Origin: an uncultured bacterium
GTDB lineage: Bacteria; Zhuqueibacterota; QNDG01; DTFT01
DNA length: 64,000 nt
Assembly: GCA_963736115.1 (NCBI GenBank)
Contig: CAVTNR010000012.1
Location: 382,461 to 446,460 of the forward strand
Reading direction: 5' to 3'
Part shown: piece by piece, positions 1 through 9,572 of the stretch
How the letters are laid out: every line of letters begins with the position of its first letter
Position numbering within the stretch: position 1 is the stretch's first letter
Translations under genes and position numbers: made by a program
The notes under the pieces: model-generated
The model's database searches: none
Seen by the model: the letters and a program-made list of their open reading frames with translations, nothing else
What the model was told of the DNA's origin: nothing

Positions 1-52
1 CGGCACAGATGCCCGCCCGTGTAACCGGCGCCGCCTGTCACGAGTACGCGAC

Positions 53-1744
53 TCATGCGGCGGGCTCCCGTGCCGGCACGTATGCGGCTTCCGCGTCCCG
101 GATTTCGCTTTTCAGCCTGGCCTCGTCCCATCCGAGTTCCGCGGCCATGAGCCGTCCGCAGGCCTCCAGCGCCTCCGCGCCCGGATGCTTCGCGGACCCC
201 AGGCCCGTCCTCCGCCGCACCACATCGGCCAGCCGCACCGCGGCCTCCTCACGCACCGCGTGCACGATCTGTCCGCCGATCACTTCAACGGAGCCGGGCA
301 GGGTTTTCCCCAGCTCCGGCCGGCCTTCGATGAGTTTCAGCACCGCGGGGTAATCCGTGCCGTACTGCGACAGCAGATGGTTCAGGACGGCCGGCGCAAG
401 TCCGAACGGTGCGCTGGTCCTGACGTTCTCAGCGAAGGAGTCGAACCGCCGGATGTCCCCGCCGCGCAGGGGCGTATTCCGGGAAACCGACTGCCCGACC
501 GGCGCATGCAGTTTCTTCACCAGGAGCTTCACGGTCCTTTCCGCCACGTCACGGGCCGTTGTGTATTTGACCCCGACCACGGATACGATGCCCTCCACGC
601 CGTTCTCAATGGAATGGTCGTGAATGCGGTAATGCGGCGTCAGCCGCACTTCGCCCGTTTTCGGGTTCACTCCCTCCATGGGCAGGAATCCCTTGTGGAA
701 GAAGGACACATCCTCGCGCCGGAACGCGGCGCCCGGAACCGCCCGGCCGATCTCGGCGAGAGCCGATTCGATGTCCGATTCGGTGACCGCCATGGCCTCA
801 GGATCGCCCGTGTACGGCTTGTGAAAGGTGCCGGCCAGAGTGACGCCCTGCCAGGGCGCGACGAACAGCACCCGGCTGCCGCGGTATTCACTGCCGTCCG
901 CCCGTCGGTGGGTGAAACGCCCGCTCACTCCCGCGGCGCATCCCGGGAGCAGTCCGCGGTTCAGTACGAGATTCATGGCCGTGGACAACCGGATCATTTT
1001 ATTCTGGATGCCCGGGACGGCCCTGGCAAGCACCGGGTCCGCGAATCCGCCCGAGGCGTTCAGGACCATGCGTGACCGCACTTCGAATTCCGTGCCCGTG
1101 AGGGTATCCTTCACCATCGCGCCTGAGATGCGGTTTTTGACCCGCAGAAAATCAACCGCCTGCGTGTAATTCGCGCACACCGCTCCGGCCTGATCGGCCG
1201 ACAGAACGAAGGCCAGCAGGAGCCGCTCTGAATTGACCATCTGGGCGTCGGACCAGTAAGCGCCGCCCGTGACCCGGCCGCCGTCGATGCCCGGCACCAG
1301 GCCGATGCAGGTTTCCCTTGAAACGACCCGGCCACGCGGGATCCGGTGTTCCGGGTCCAGCCCGTGGTTCCGGTCGAAACTCAGGATGTCGTTCGCGATC
1401 ATGCCGAACCGCATCACCCACTTGCTTTTCATCATCAGGCCGTAGGTCGGCATGACGCAACACATGGGCCTCACCAGATGCGGCGCAACGGCCAACAGGA
1501 TGCGCCTTTCGCGCACCGACTCGCGCACGCGGGCCAGGTCGAGGGTCTGCAGGTAACGCAGGCCGCCGTGCACGATCTTGAGGCTGTTGGCTGAAGTCAG
1601 CCCGCCGAAATCGGCCTTCTCGACGAGGGCCGTGCGGAGCCCGCGCGAGGCGGCTTCCCAGGCGGCCGTCGCGCCGTAAATGCCGCCGCCGATGATTAAA
1701 ACATCGAACTCGGTGTTCTGGAGCTTTTTAAGATCTCTGATCAT
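53..1744 (-). CDS. FAD-dependent glycerol-3-phosphate dehydrogenase/oxidase family protein (GlpD-like)
   Basis: GGGIYG FAD motif, TSANSLKIVHGGLRYL, KYTTAR, and a C-terminal DAO_C-like DVVRRRTGLG; last visible gene of the EPS run. Confidence 0.85.
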   Translation of the reverse strand: MIRDLKKLQNTEFDVLIIGGGIYGATAAWEAASRGLRTALVEKADFGGLTSANSLKIVHGGLRYLQTLDLARVRESVRERRILLAVAPHLVRPMCCVMPTYGLMMKSKWVMRFGMIANDILSFDRNHGLDPEHRIPRGRVVSRETCIGLVPGIDGGRVTGGAYWSDAQMVNSERLLLAFVLSADQAGAVCANYTQAVDFLRVKNRISGAMVKDTLTGTEFEVRSRMVLNASGGFADPVLARAVPGIQNKMIRLSTAMNLVLNRGLLPGCAAGVSGRFTHRRADGSEYRGSRVLFVAPWQGVTLAGTFHKPYTGDPEAMAVTESDIESALAEIGRAVPGAAFRREDVSFFHKGFLPMEGVNPKTGEVRLTPHYRIHDHSIENGVEGIVSVVGVKYTTARDVAERTVKLLVKKLHAPVGQSVSRNTPLRGGDIRRFDSFAENVRTSAPFGLAPAVLNHLLSQYGTDYPAVLKLIEGRPELGKTLPGSVEVIGGQIVHAVREEAAVRLADVVRRRTGLGSAKHPGAEALEACGRLMAAELGWDEARLKSEIRDAEAAYVPAREPAA

Positions 1745-1784
1745 TTTGTCATCCGATGAGTTTCATGGGCGGTTCAGGTTATAT

Positions 1785-1868
1785 GTTCATAGTTCATGGT
1801 TCATAGTTAGAAGAGTGAAGCGGCGGTTTTCCTTTCCCTATTTTAACTATGAACCATGAACTATGAAC
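1785..1868. repeat. Perfect 25-bp inverted repeat built from GTTCATR heptamers
   Basis: gttcatagttcatggttcatagtta (1785-1809) is the exact reverse complement of taactatgaaccatgaactatgaac (1844-1868). Confidence 0.9.
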
Positions 1869-1869
1869 T

Positions 1870-2658
1870 TTATTTCTCGGCAAACCCCATGAGATGCCAC
1901 CCGTACTTCCGCACCAGGGGCCTGGGAACGGCGTTGAAAGCGCCGACGAAAACGGTGTTGAAGAGAAACGCCTTGAGTCCCTTCTGGTGCAGTTTGGAAC
2001 GGACCGGGAAACGCTCCGGCACGATTTCCGTCCTCGCGAAGCCGGACAGCAGGTCCCGGAATTCCCGTATGGTGTACATGTTCAGCACCGGCGCGTCCTC
2101 GTGCTCCAGGGGCACGTGGAAACGTTTCGACATCAGAGCGAGCCATCCCTTCCGGTTGTAGACCATGGAGATGAACAGACCGCCCGGCTTCAGCACGCGC
2201 CGTGCCTCCCCGATCAGGGCCCGGGCATCGGCCGTGTACTGAATCACGCCGTGGCCGTACACGACGTCGAACGTCCCGTCCGGAAATTCCAGTGCCTCGG
2301 CGTTCATGACGCGGAGGTCCGCGGAGAGCCCGCGCTGGCCGAGGTTTTGACGCGCCAGATCGACGGCGGTCTGCGACAGGTCCACGCCCGTGCACAGGGC
2401 GCCCCCTCCCGCGAACCGGGCCAGGTCGATTCCCGCGCCGCATCCGACTTCCAGCAGGGTTTTCCCCCGGAACCCGGAAAAATCCACAAGCCGCGGCAGG
2501 TAATGAAGCTTCTCGAAACGGTAGGCGTCCAGGTCCTCGAAGAATCCGGGCGTCCCCACCGGGTGCCGGACGATTTCCAGGTCGTGAATGCGCTCGTTCC
2601 AGTAACGACGGACGGCTTCGATGGTCTCGGCGCGTCCCGGTTGGGTCGGTTCAGGCAT
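1870..2658 (-). CDS. Class I SAM-dependent methyltransferase
   Basis: LLEVGCGAG motif I, FDVVY, RVLKPGG; ATG at 2658 overlaps the end of the asnB-like gene. Confidence 0.85.
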   Translation of the reverse strand: MPEPTQPGRAETIEAVRRYWNERIHDLEIVRHPVGTPGFFEDLDAYRFEKLHYLPRLVDFSGFRGKTLLEVGCGAGIDLARFAGGGALCTGVDLSQTAVDLARQNLGQRGLSADLRVMNAEALEFPDGTFDVVYGHGVIQYTADARALIGEARRVLKPGGLFISMVYNRKGWLALMSKRFHVPLEHEDAPVLNMYTIREFRDLLSGFARTEIVPERFPVRSKLHQKGLKAFLFNTVFVGAFNAVPRPLVRKYGWHLMGFAEK

Positions 2659-4546
2659 GCGTGCTCCCCGCGTACAGGTCAAACCACTGCTCGAATACCA
2701 TGAGGGCCCACAGCTTGTGGCTGTGGTTCTCGACGCCGTCCATGTGCTCCCGCACCAGACCGGAAATAAATTCCGGACGGAACAGCCCCTGCCTGCGGAT
2801 CCGCTCCTCGGACAGGAGGTCGAGCATCATGGGTTTCAGTTCGTTGCGGATCCAGTTCTTGATCGGGATGGAAAAACCCTGCTTGCCGCGGTTCTGCACT
2901 TCGGCAGGCAGGTCGTCCCAGAACGCTTTTTTGAGAATGTATTTGGTCTTGAATCCCTTCATCTTCAGCTCCGGCGGAAGAGACAGCGCGAATTCCACGA
3001 TCCGGTGGTCCAGATAGGGCACCCGGGCCTCCAGGGAAACCGCCATGGACATCCGGTCGACCTTCACGAGAATGTCGTCCGGGAGATAGGTCTTGACGTC
3101 CACATATCCCGTCTTCGCCACGTCCTCCACATTTCCCGCCTCCCGGCCGAACCGGAGCAGGGATTCGTAGGGTGTTTCAGCGCCCAGGGACGCGAACGCG
3201 TCATCCGTGAACAGGGCGCGGCGCTCAGCTTCGGACAGGAACACCATCCATCGGCCGTGCATCAGTTCCTTCGGCAGCCAGGTTCCCTGCACGAATCGTT
3301 TGAAGCTGTTGACCGGTCCCTTCTTGCTCTCCGTGGGCGGCAGGGACCGCGCGAGCCGGTCGAGCAGGCCGCGCTTCACCGCCTTGGGCAGCCGGTGGTA
3401 GAACCGGCGGTCGAAACGGTGCGCGCGGTAGGTGTCATATCCCGCGAACAGCTCGTCCCCGCCGTCACCCGACAGCACGACCGTGACATCCTCCCGCGCC
3501 ATCTTCGAGACCAGGTAGGTGGGGAAAATGGAAAAATCCCCGAACGGCTCGTCGAACTGTCGGATCAGCGTCTCGGTGAGATCGAGGGCCTTCGGTTCGA
3601 TGACGAGCTCGCGGTGCTCGGTGCCGTACTTCGCGGCCACGGCGCGGGCGTATTTCAGCTCATTGTACGAGGACTCCTTGAACCCGATGGAGAAGGTCTT
3701 GACCGGCCGGTCCATGCAGGCCGCCATCCGGGACACCATGATGGATGAGTCGATGCCGCCGGAGAGAAACGCGCCCAGGGGCACGTCCGATACCAGTTGG
3801 AGCCGGACCGCGTCGTGTACCAGGTGACGCAGGCGTTCCGCCGCCTCCGCCTCGGTCCAAGCCGCGGGCTGGGGGATTCCGGACCAGTACCGGCCCGTGC
3901 GGACGCCGCCGTCCCCGACCGTCATCCAGTGCCCCGGCTCCAGCTTGCGTATTTCCCGGAAAATGCTCTGCGGCGAGGGCACGTATTCGAAGGTCAGATA
4001 CGCGTTCAATGCGTCGGGATCCAGGGTCCGTGTGACGCCCGGACACCGGAGAATGGCCTTGATTTCGGACGCGAACACCAGCTTTTCGGAGTCGCGGTAC
4101 ACGTACAGGGGTTTGACCCCCAGGTGGTCCCGGCCGAGCATCATGCGCCTGCGCCGGCCGTCCCACAGGGCGAAGGCGAATATGCCGTTGAGCCGGCCGC
4201 ACACATCCTCGCCCCACTCCTCGTACCCGTGCACGATGGTTTCCGTGTCGCTTTCCGTGCGGAACCGGTGCCCGGATTTCTCGAGAGCGGAACGGAGCTC
4301 ACGGAAGTTGTAGATTTCGCCGTTAAAGACGATGGTGATCGATCCGTCCTCGTTGGACAGCGGCTGATGCCCGGTGCGGAGGTCGATGATCGAAAGCCGG
4401 CGCATGCCGATGCCCGCGGGGCCGAACACGGCGACGCCTTCGTCATCCGGCCCCCGGTGCCGGATCGCGCCGCACATATCCCGGAGCGCGGTCTCGGCGA
4501 CCGGCCGCGACGGATCGAAATGAAAGATGCCGCTGATCCCGCACAC
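2651..4546 (-). CDS. asnB: Asparagine synthase (glutamine-hydrolysing) family amidotransferase, EPS-associated
   Basis: N-terminal MCGISG, RHRGPDD, FNGEIYNF, LSGGIDSS, SGDGGDELFAGY, KVDRMSMA. Confidence 0.92.
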   Translation of the reverse strand: MCGISGIFHFDPSRPVAETALRDMCGAIRHRGPDDEGVAVFGPAGIGMRRLSIIDLRTGHQPLSNEDGSITIVFNGEIYNFRELRSALEKSGHRFRTESDTETIVHGYEEWGEDVCGRLNGIFAFALWDGRRRRMMLGRDHLGVKPLYVYRDSEKLVFASEIKAILRCPGVTRTLDPDALNAYLTFEYVPSPQSIFREIRKLEPGHWMTVGDGGVRTGRYWSGIPQPAAWTEAEAAERLRHLVHDAVRLQLVSDVPLGAFLSGGIDSSIMVSRMAACMDRPVKTFSIGFKESSYNELKYARAVAAKYGTEHRELVIEPKALDLTETLIRQFDEPFGDFSIFPTYLVSKMAREDVTVVLSGDGGDELFAGYDTYRAHRFDRRFYHRLPKAVKRGLLDRLARSLPPTESKKGPVNSFKRFVQGTWLPKELMHGRWMVFLSEAERRALFTDDAFASLGAETPYESLLRFGREAGNVEDVAKTGYVDVKTYLPDDILVKVDRMSMAVSLEARVPYLDHRIVEFALSLPPELKMKGFKTKYILKKAFWDDLPAEVQNRGKQGFSIPIKNWIRNELKPMMLDLLSEERIRRQGLFRPEFISGLVREHMDGVENHSHKLWALMVFEQWFDLYAGSTHA

Positions 4547-4547
4547 G

Positions 4548-5720
4548 TCAGCGTCTCCGGTTCGCGAGCGCCGATTGGGCCGCGCGGCCGAGCTTTTCCA
4601 GATAAACCCGGTAGCTGTATTTCGCCTCGGCCAGCCGGACCGCGGCCCTGCCGATGCGGCCGGCGAAGGATTTGTCCCTGAGCAGGCGGACGATTCCGGC
4701 GCCGAAAGCCGCCGGATCCGGGTCGGTCAGGACGGCCGTACGATCATCGAGCACCTGGGTGTGCGTCCACAGCCGGGTCGCGACCATGGGCACACCGGAC
4801 CGGAGATAGGCGTAGAGTTTCAGCGGCGTGTTTGTCCCGCGCGTGCGCGGGGAAACCAGCACATCGGCGCACCGGATGTAGCTGTTGACTTCCTGCGGCT
4901 TCACCTGGCCGGTGAACGTGAAGGCGCCGGTCAGCCCCCTGTCCGCGACGGACTTCCGGACGGATGCCACCTGGTCCGGGTGCCCGCCGACCATGAGAAA
5001 ACGCACCTTCGGGATTTTCCGGACGACCGGGGCCGCCGATTCCACGAGCAGGTCCAGACCCTGGTACGGCTCGAACGTGCCGGTGTACAGGACGACCGGC
5101 CCCCGGCCCAGCGTTTTCCGAACGGCCGCGGACCGGTCTTCTTCGCCGAACACCATGCCGTAGTCCACGACGTTTTCAATCATCAGGGAATTTTTTTCGG
5201 GGAACTTCCGCCGGACATGATCGGCCAGGTCCGGGCAGATGGGAATAACCGCGTCCGCGTGGGCCAGAATCCAGTCTTCCACCGCCTCGAAGGCCCGGAC
5301 GAGCGGCCGGGAGCGGGAGAACTGAAAATTGCCGAGCTGCTGCGGCAGGCTGGAATGCATGTCGTACACATGCGGAATTCCGAACCAGCGCGACAGCCAG
5401 ACGCCCCAGAGTCCGGCCTCCTCGTGCGTGTGGATGAGGTCATGCCTGCGGCGGGAGGCCCAGGCGAACGATTTCACCGCCAGCAGGAAATCGAGGGGGA
5501 GCTTGGCAAGCGAGGGACCGATCTTGACCCTGCGGATCCCGGGGATTGCGGCGACGCGGTGGATCCGCACGCGGGGCAGACGGACGTCCGCGCCCATGGA
5601 ATACGTGAGCAGATCGACTTCATGCCCCAGGTCCGAGTAGGCCTTGAGCCGCCCGACCACCGAAAGCGGTGTGCCCCGCGGTTCGAAAATCGGTTCCGGA
5701 GCGATCATGAGGATGCGCAT
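4548..5720 (-). CDS. Glycosyltransferase family 4
   Basis: GT-B fold features: YTGTFEPYQG, ADVLVSPR, TPLKLYAYLRSGVPMVAT; EPS locus context. Confidence 0.85.
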   Translation of the reverse strand: MRILMIAPEPIFEPRGTPLSVVGRLKAYSDLGHEVDLLTYSMGADVRLPRVRIHRVAAIPGIRRVKIGPSLAKLPLDFLLAVKSFAWASRRRHDLIHTHEEAGLWGVWLSRWFGIPHVYDMHSSLPQQLGNFQFSRSRPLVRAFEAVEDWILAHADAVIPICPDLADHVRRKFPEKNSLMIENVVDYGMVFGEEDRSAAVRKTLGRGPVVLYTGTFEPYQGLDLLVESAAPVVRKIPKVRFLMVGGHPDQVASVRKSVADRGLTGAFTFTGQVKPQEVNSYIRCADVLVSPRTRGTNTPLKLYAYLRSGVPMVATRLWTHTQVLDDRTAVLTDPDPAAFGAGIVRLLRDKSFAGRIGRAAVRLAEAKYSYRVYLEKLGRAAQSALANRRR

Positions 5721-5724
5721 GGAC

Positions 5725-7023
5725 TCACCGCCCCATGGCGACGTATTGAAAGCCCGCCTCGCGCATCTTTTTCGGTTCGTAAATATTCCGCAAGTCCGCG
5801 ACCGCGGGAGTTTTCATGGCCTCCCGGATCTTCTGGATCTCGAGGTTGCGGAACTGGTTCCACTCGGTCATGAAGACCAGGCAGTCGGCGCCCGTTGCGG
5901 CGTCGTACGCGTCCTTGCAGTACGTCACGCCTTTGAGCACCTTCGCCGCCTCCGCGTGCGCCACCGGGTCATAGGCGCGGACCGAGGCCCCCGCCTCCTG
6001 CAGTTTCCGGATGATGTCGACGGAGGGCGCGTCGCGCATGTCGTCCGTGTTCGGCTTGAAGGAGAGCCCGAGCAGGGCGACTGTCTTTCCCTTGAGGTCT
6101 CCGGCGGCCTGCCGGATCTTTTCAAACGCGATCTCCCGCTGACGCGCGTTCACGTCCACCGCCGAACGGACGATTTTCAGCTCCAGCCCCGCCTTTTTCC
6201 CGACCTCGACCAGGGCCAGCGTGTCCTTCGGGAAGCAAGATCCGCCGTATCCCGGACCGGGATGCAGAAACTTGGAGCCGATGCGGCGGTCCAGACCCAT
6301 TCCCTTGGCCACGTGATGCACGTCGGCGCCCACGCGGTCGCAGAGCGCGGCGATCTCGTTGATGAACGAGATCTTCATGGCCAGGAAAGCATTGGACGCG
6401 TACTTGACGAGTTCGGCGGTTTCGAGGTTGGTGATGACGAAAGGCGTTTCAATAAGGTACAGCGGCGAATAGAGGTCCTTCATGATGGCGACGGCTTCCG
6501 CGTCCTCGGCGCCGATGACCACGCGGTCGGGCCGCATGAAATCCTCGATCGCCGACCCTTCCCGCAGGAATTCGGGGTTCGAGCACACGCTGAACCGGTG
6601 GGGCTCCTTCTGGTGACGGGTGATGATGTCCTTGACCCAGCCGCCCGTGCCCACCGGGACGGTGCTCTTGTTCACCACCACCTTGTACCCGTTCATCGAC
6701 TCGGCGATGCCGCGGGCCACCTGCTCGATGTACTGCAGGTCGGCGGACCCGTCCGCCTTGGGCGGTGTTCCGACCGCGATGAAGACCACCAGCGACCGTT
6801 CCACCGCGGACCGCAGATCGGTGGTGAAGGTCAGCCGGCCTTCCTTGACGTTCCGGCTGATCAGGGCGTCGAGCCCCGGCTCGTAGATCGGAACGCCCCC
6901 CGAGTTCAGGGTCCGGATTTTCTCCTCGTTGGCGTCCACGCAGATGACGTCGACGCCGAATTCCGAGAAACAGGTGCCGGTCACAAGACCCACGTATCCC
7001 GTGCCTACGACGCAGATTCTCAA
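5725..7023 (-). CDS. ugd: UDP-glucose/GDP-mannose 6-dehydrogenase
   Basis: GTGYVGL, KSTVPVGT, NPEFLREG, GYGGSCFPKD, FKPNTDDMR. Confidence 0.95.
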   Translation of the reverse strand: MRICVVGTGYVGLVTGTCFSEFGVDVICVDANEEKIRTLNSGGVPIYEPGLDALISRNVKEGRLTFTTDLRSAVERSLVVFIAVGTPPKADGSADLQYIEQVARGIAESMNGYKVVVNKSTVPVGTGGWVKDIITRHQKEPHRFSVCSNPEFLREGSAIEDFMRPDRVVIGAEDAEAVAIMKDLYSPLYLIETPFVITNLETAELVKYASNAFLAMKISFINEIAALCDRVGADVHHVAKGMGLDRRIGSKFLHPGPGYGGSCFPKDTLALVEVGKKAGLELKIVRSAVDVNARQREIAFEKIRQAAGDLKGKTVALLGLSFKPNTDDMRDAPSVDIIRKLQEAGASVRAYDPVAHAEAAKVLKGVTYCKDAYDAATGADCLVFMTEWNQFRNLEIQKIREAMKTPAVADLRNIYEPKKMREAGFQYVAMGR

Positions 7024-7137
7024 AGAAGCCTCCTTGTGCCTTTTACCGGCCGGCGGGGCGGTTTGCCGTCCGCGCCCGGGCCTTCGGAACGCGCGCCGCG
7101 AAGCGGATGGCGGCCGGCGCTCCGGAACAGGGACGGC

Positions 7138-8583
7138 TCAGGCCGCCCCGTACCCCGTCAGAACCACGAACACCGTGCGGACGAGAATCTTGAAATCAAG
7201 CCACAGAGAAAAACTGTCGATGTACTGCAGGTCAAGCTCCATCCAGTGCTCGAAATCGACCCGGTTCCGGCCACTCACCTGCCAGAGGCACGTGATGCCG
7301 GGTTTCATGCTCAGGCGCCGGCGGTGCCAGGTCTCGTACAGGTCCACCTCGGCCGGAAGCGGTGGACGCGGCCCGACGAGGCTCATGTCGCCCCGAAGGA
7401 CATTGAAGAGCTGGGGCAGTTCGTCGATGCTGAACTTGCGCATGAGACGGCCGAAGGCGGTGACCCGCGGATCCCGCTTGATTTTGAAGACGGGGCCGTC
7501 CATCTCGTTCTGCTTCTCGAGCTCCCGTCTGCGCATCTCGGCCCCGAGCACCATGGAACGGAACTTGACGAGGGTGAACCGGCGGCCGTTCCGGCCGCAC
7601 CGGACCTGCCGGAAGAAGACCGGGCCCCTCGAATCGACCACGATGCCGGCCGCAGCGACAATGAAAATCGGCAGCAGGAGCAGGATGAAGAACAGCGAGA
7701 TGACCACGTCCATGACGCGCTTGAGGAACAGCTGCCATTCCTTGGCCGAGGTCGTCTGAAAATTCAGCAGGGGCACGCCCGCGAAGCTGGACATGGACAG
7801 CGTTCCGAGCTTGGGCGTGAACAGGTCGACCGACACGGCCGTCCCGACCCCCTCCCGCTCGCAGTGGAGAATGGCGTCCTCGATGCGGTTCAGCCAGAGG
7901 CGCGGCACCACGAAAATGACCCGGTCGACCACGTGCTCCCGGAGGATGCGGGGGATGTCGCGGATCCGCCCGATGACGGGGTAGTCGAGGACGGTCTTGC
8001 CGAGGAGCTTGGGGTCGTCATCCACCAGGCCGACGATTTTCAGGCCCCAGTTCGCGTGCGCGTGCACATTGCGGATGAATTCCTGCGCCCGCTTCCCCGT
8101 GCCGACGATCAGGAGGTTGACGAGGTTGTAGCCCTGCCGCGAGATGTAGTCGAGGAACCAGCGCCACGCCGCCTTCGACACGAACAGCCCGATCAGGGCG
8201 GTCACGGCAAAAACGGATACGTACATGCGGCTCGTCATTTCCAGCTTGAGGAGGAACACGACGCTGCCCAGCACGAACATGGCCGCCACGCCCGTCCGCA
8301 GGATGCGCCAGCCGGTCTCGATGAAGAGCTTGGTCCTGAAGTTGGTGTAGACGCCGTCGGCCGACATGAGCCGGATCCACGCGGGAATGGTCACGATGAC
8401 CAGCCAGAAATGGACCTTGAGAAAACCCCGGAGCCCCTCTCCGCCGTGGGCCAGCGGTCCGTAATCAGCCAGGGAGCGGATGAACAGGGTGATGAAATAG
8501 GCCGAGACAAAGGAAACCGCGATGACCAGCCCGTCGGTGAGCTTCATCAGGCGGATGAGGAAAAGTTCCTTCTCTCGCAGCAT
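7138..8583 (-). CDS. Priming undecaprenyl-phosphate sugar phosphotransferase (WcaJ/WbaP type)
   Basis: N-terminal TM helices, CoA-binding-like middle region, C-terminal KFRSM...DELPQLFNVLRGDMSLVGPRP. Confidence 0.92.
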   Translation of the reverse strand: MLREKELFLIRLMKLTDGLVIAVSFVSAYFITLFIRSLADYGPLAHGGEGLRGFLKVHFWLVIVTIPAWIRLMSADGVYTNFRTKLFIETGWRILRTGVAAMFVLGSVVFLLKLEMTSRMYVSVFAVTALIGLFVSKAAWRWFLDYISRQGYNLVNLLIVGTGKRAQEFIRNVHAHANWGLKIVGLVDDDPKLLGKTVLDYPVIGRIRDIPRILREHVVDRVIFVVPRLWLNRIEDAILHCEREGVGTAVSVDLFTPKLGTLSMSSFAGVPLLNFQTTSAKEWQLFLKRVMDVVISLFFILLLLPIFIVAAAGIVVDSRGPVFFRQVRCGRNGRRFTLVKFRSMVLGAEMRRRELEKQNEMDGPVFKIKRDPRVTAFGRLMRKFSIDELPQLFNVLRGDMSLVGPRPPLPAEVDLYETWHRRRLSMKPGITCLWQVSGRNRVDFEHWMELDLQYIDSFSLWLDFKILVRTVFVVLTGYGAA

Positions 8584-8591
8584 GATTCAGT

Positions 8592-9572
8592 CTATTTCCC
8601 GGTCGTTTCCCTGTACCAGTCCACGAAAGCCCGGATGCCGTCCTCGATGGGCGTCTTCGGCGCGTAGTCCAGCTCCCGGACCGCCTTCGACACATCCGCG
8701 AAGGTCACCGGCACGTCGCCCGGCTGGTCCGGCAGGCGCTTGATGTTCGCCTTCTTCCCGACCCGCTCCTCGATCAGGCGGATCAGACTGCGCAGGTCGA
8801 TGGTCCGCGACTCCCCGAGGTTGTAGATGGCGTACCCCCGGCACCGATCCAGGGACTTCTCCATCCCGTCCATTATATCCGAATAGAACGTGTAGTCCCG
8901 TCGGCTCGTTCCGTCGCCGAACAGCGGGATTTCGCGGCCCTCGTCGATGAGCCGCGTAAACTTGTGTATGGCCATGTCCGGACGCTGGCGGGGGCCGTAC
9001 ACCGTGAAGAAACGGAGACAGTGCACCGGGAGACCGTACAGGGCATGGTACGTGTAGGCGAGCAGTTCGCCCGCCCGCTTGGAGGACGCGTACGGAGACA
9101 ACGGCTCGTCCACGGCGTCGCTCTCCGAGAACGGGACCTTGGCGTTCGCCCCGTACACCGACGAGGAGGACGCGAAGAGAAACCGGCCGGCGCCGTTCTT
9201 CACGGCCGCCTCGAGCAGGTTGGCGGTGCCCTCGACGTTGACCCGCTGGTACAGGGCGGGCTCCTGAATGGAAGGGCGGACGCCCGCCCGCGCGGCGAGG
9301 TGCACGACCGCGTCGATGCGCTGCTCCGTGAAAATCGCCTGGACTTTCGCGGCGTCGAGAATGTCGCCCTCGATCAGCCGGTAGGCGTCCGAGCCCCGTT
9401 CCGTCAGCGCCTGCACGTTCCGGCGCTTGACCGCGGGATCATAGTAGTCGTTGAAATTGTCGAGGGCGGTCACGGCGTGCCCCCGCGAAATCATCCGTTC
9501 CGAAAAATGGGAGCCGATGAATCCGGCTCCCCCCGTTATCAGAATGCGGAGGCCGGCCGTCTCAGTAGGCAT
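8592..9572 (-). CDS. NAD-dependent epimerase (UDP-glucuronate 4-epimerase-like)
   Basis: TGGAGFIG, HLAARAGVR, SSSSVYG, YASSK, LRFFTVYGPRQRPDMA. Confidence 0.9.
   Translation of the reverse strand: MPTETAGLRILITGGAGFIGSHFSERMISRGHAVTALDNFNDYYDPAVKRRNVQALTERGSDAYRLIEGDILDAAKVQAIFTEQRIDAVVHLAARAGVRPSIQEPALYQRVNVEGTANLLEAAVKNGAGRFLFASSSSVYGANAKVPFSESDAVDEPLSPYASSKRAGELLAYTYHALYGLPVHCLRFFTVYGPRQRPDMAIHKFTRLIDEGREIPLFGDGTSRRDYTFYSDIMDGMEKSLDRCRGYAIYNLGESRTIDLRSLIRLIEERVGKKANIKRLPDQPGDVPVTFADVSKAVRELDYAPKTPIEDGIRAFVDWYRETTGK

Noticed and set aside
5644-8667. 1007-aa plus-strand ORF (also 52480-55032, 43711-45945, 46012-47988, 9988-11865 and similar)
   Set aside because: Antisense shadows of well-supported minus-strand genes in high-GC DNA; no recognisable motifs.
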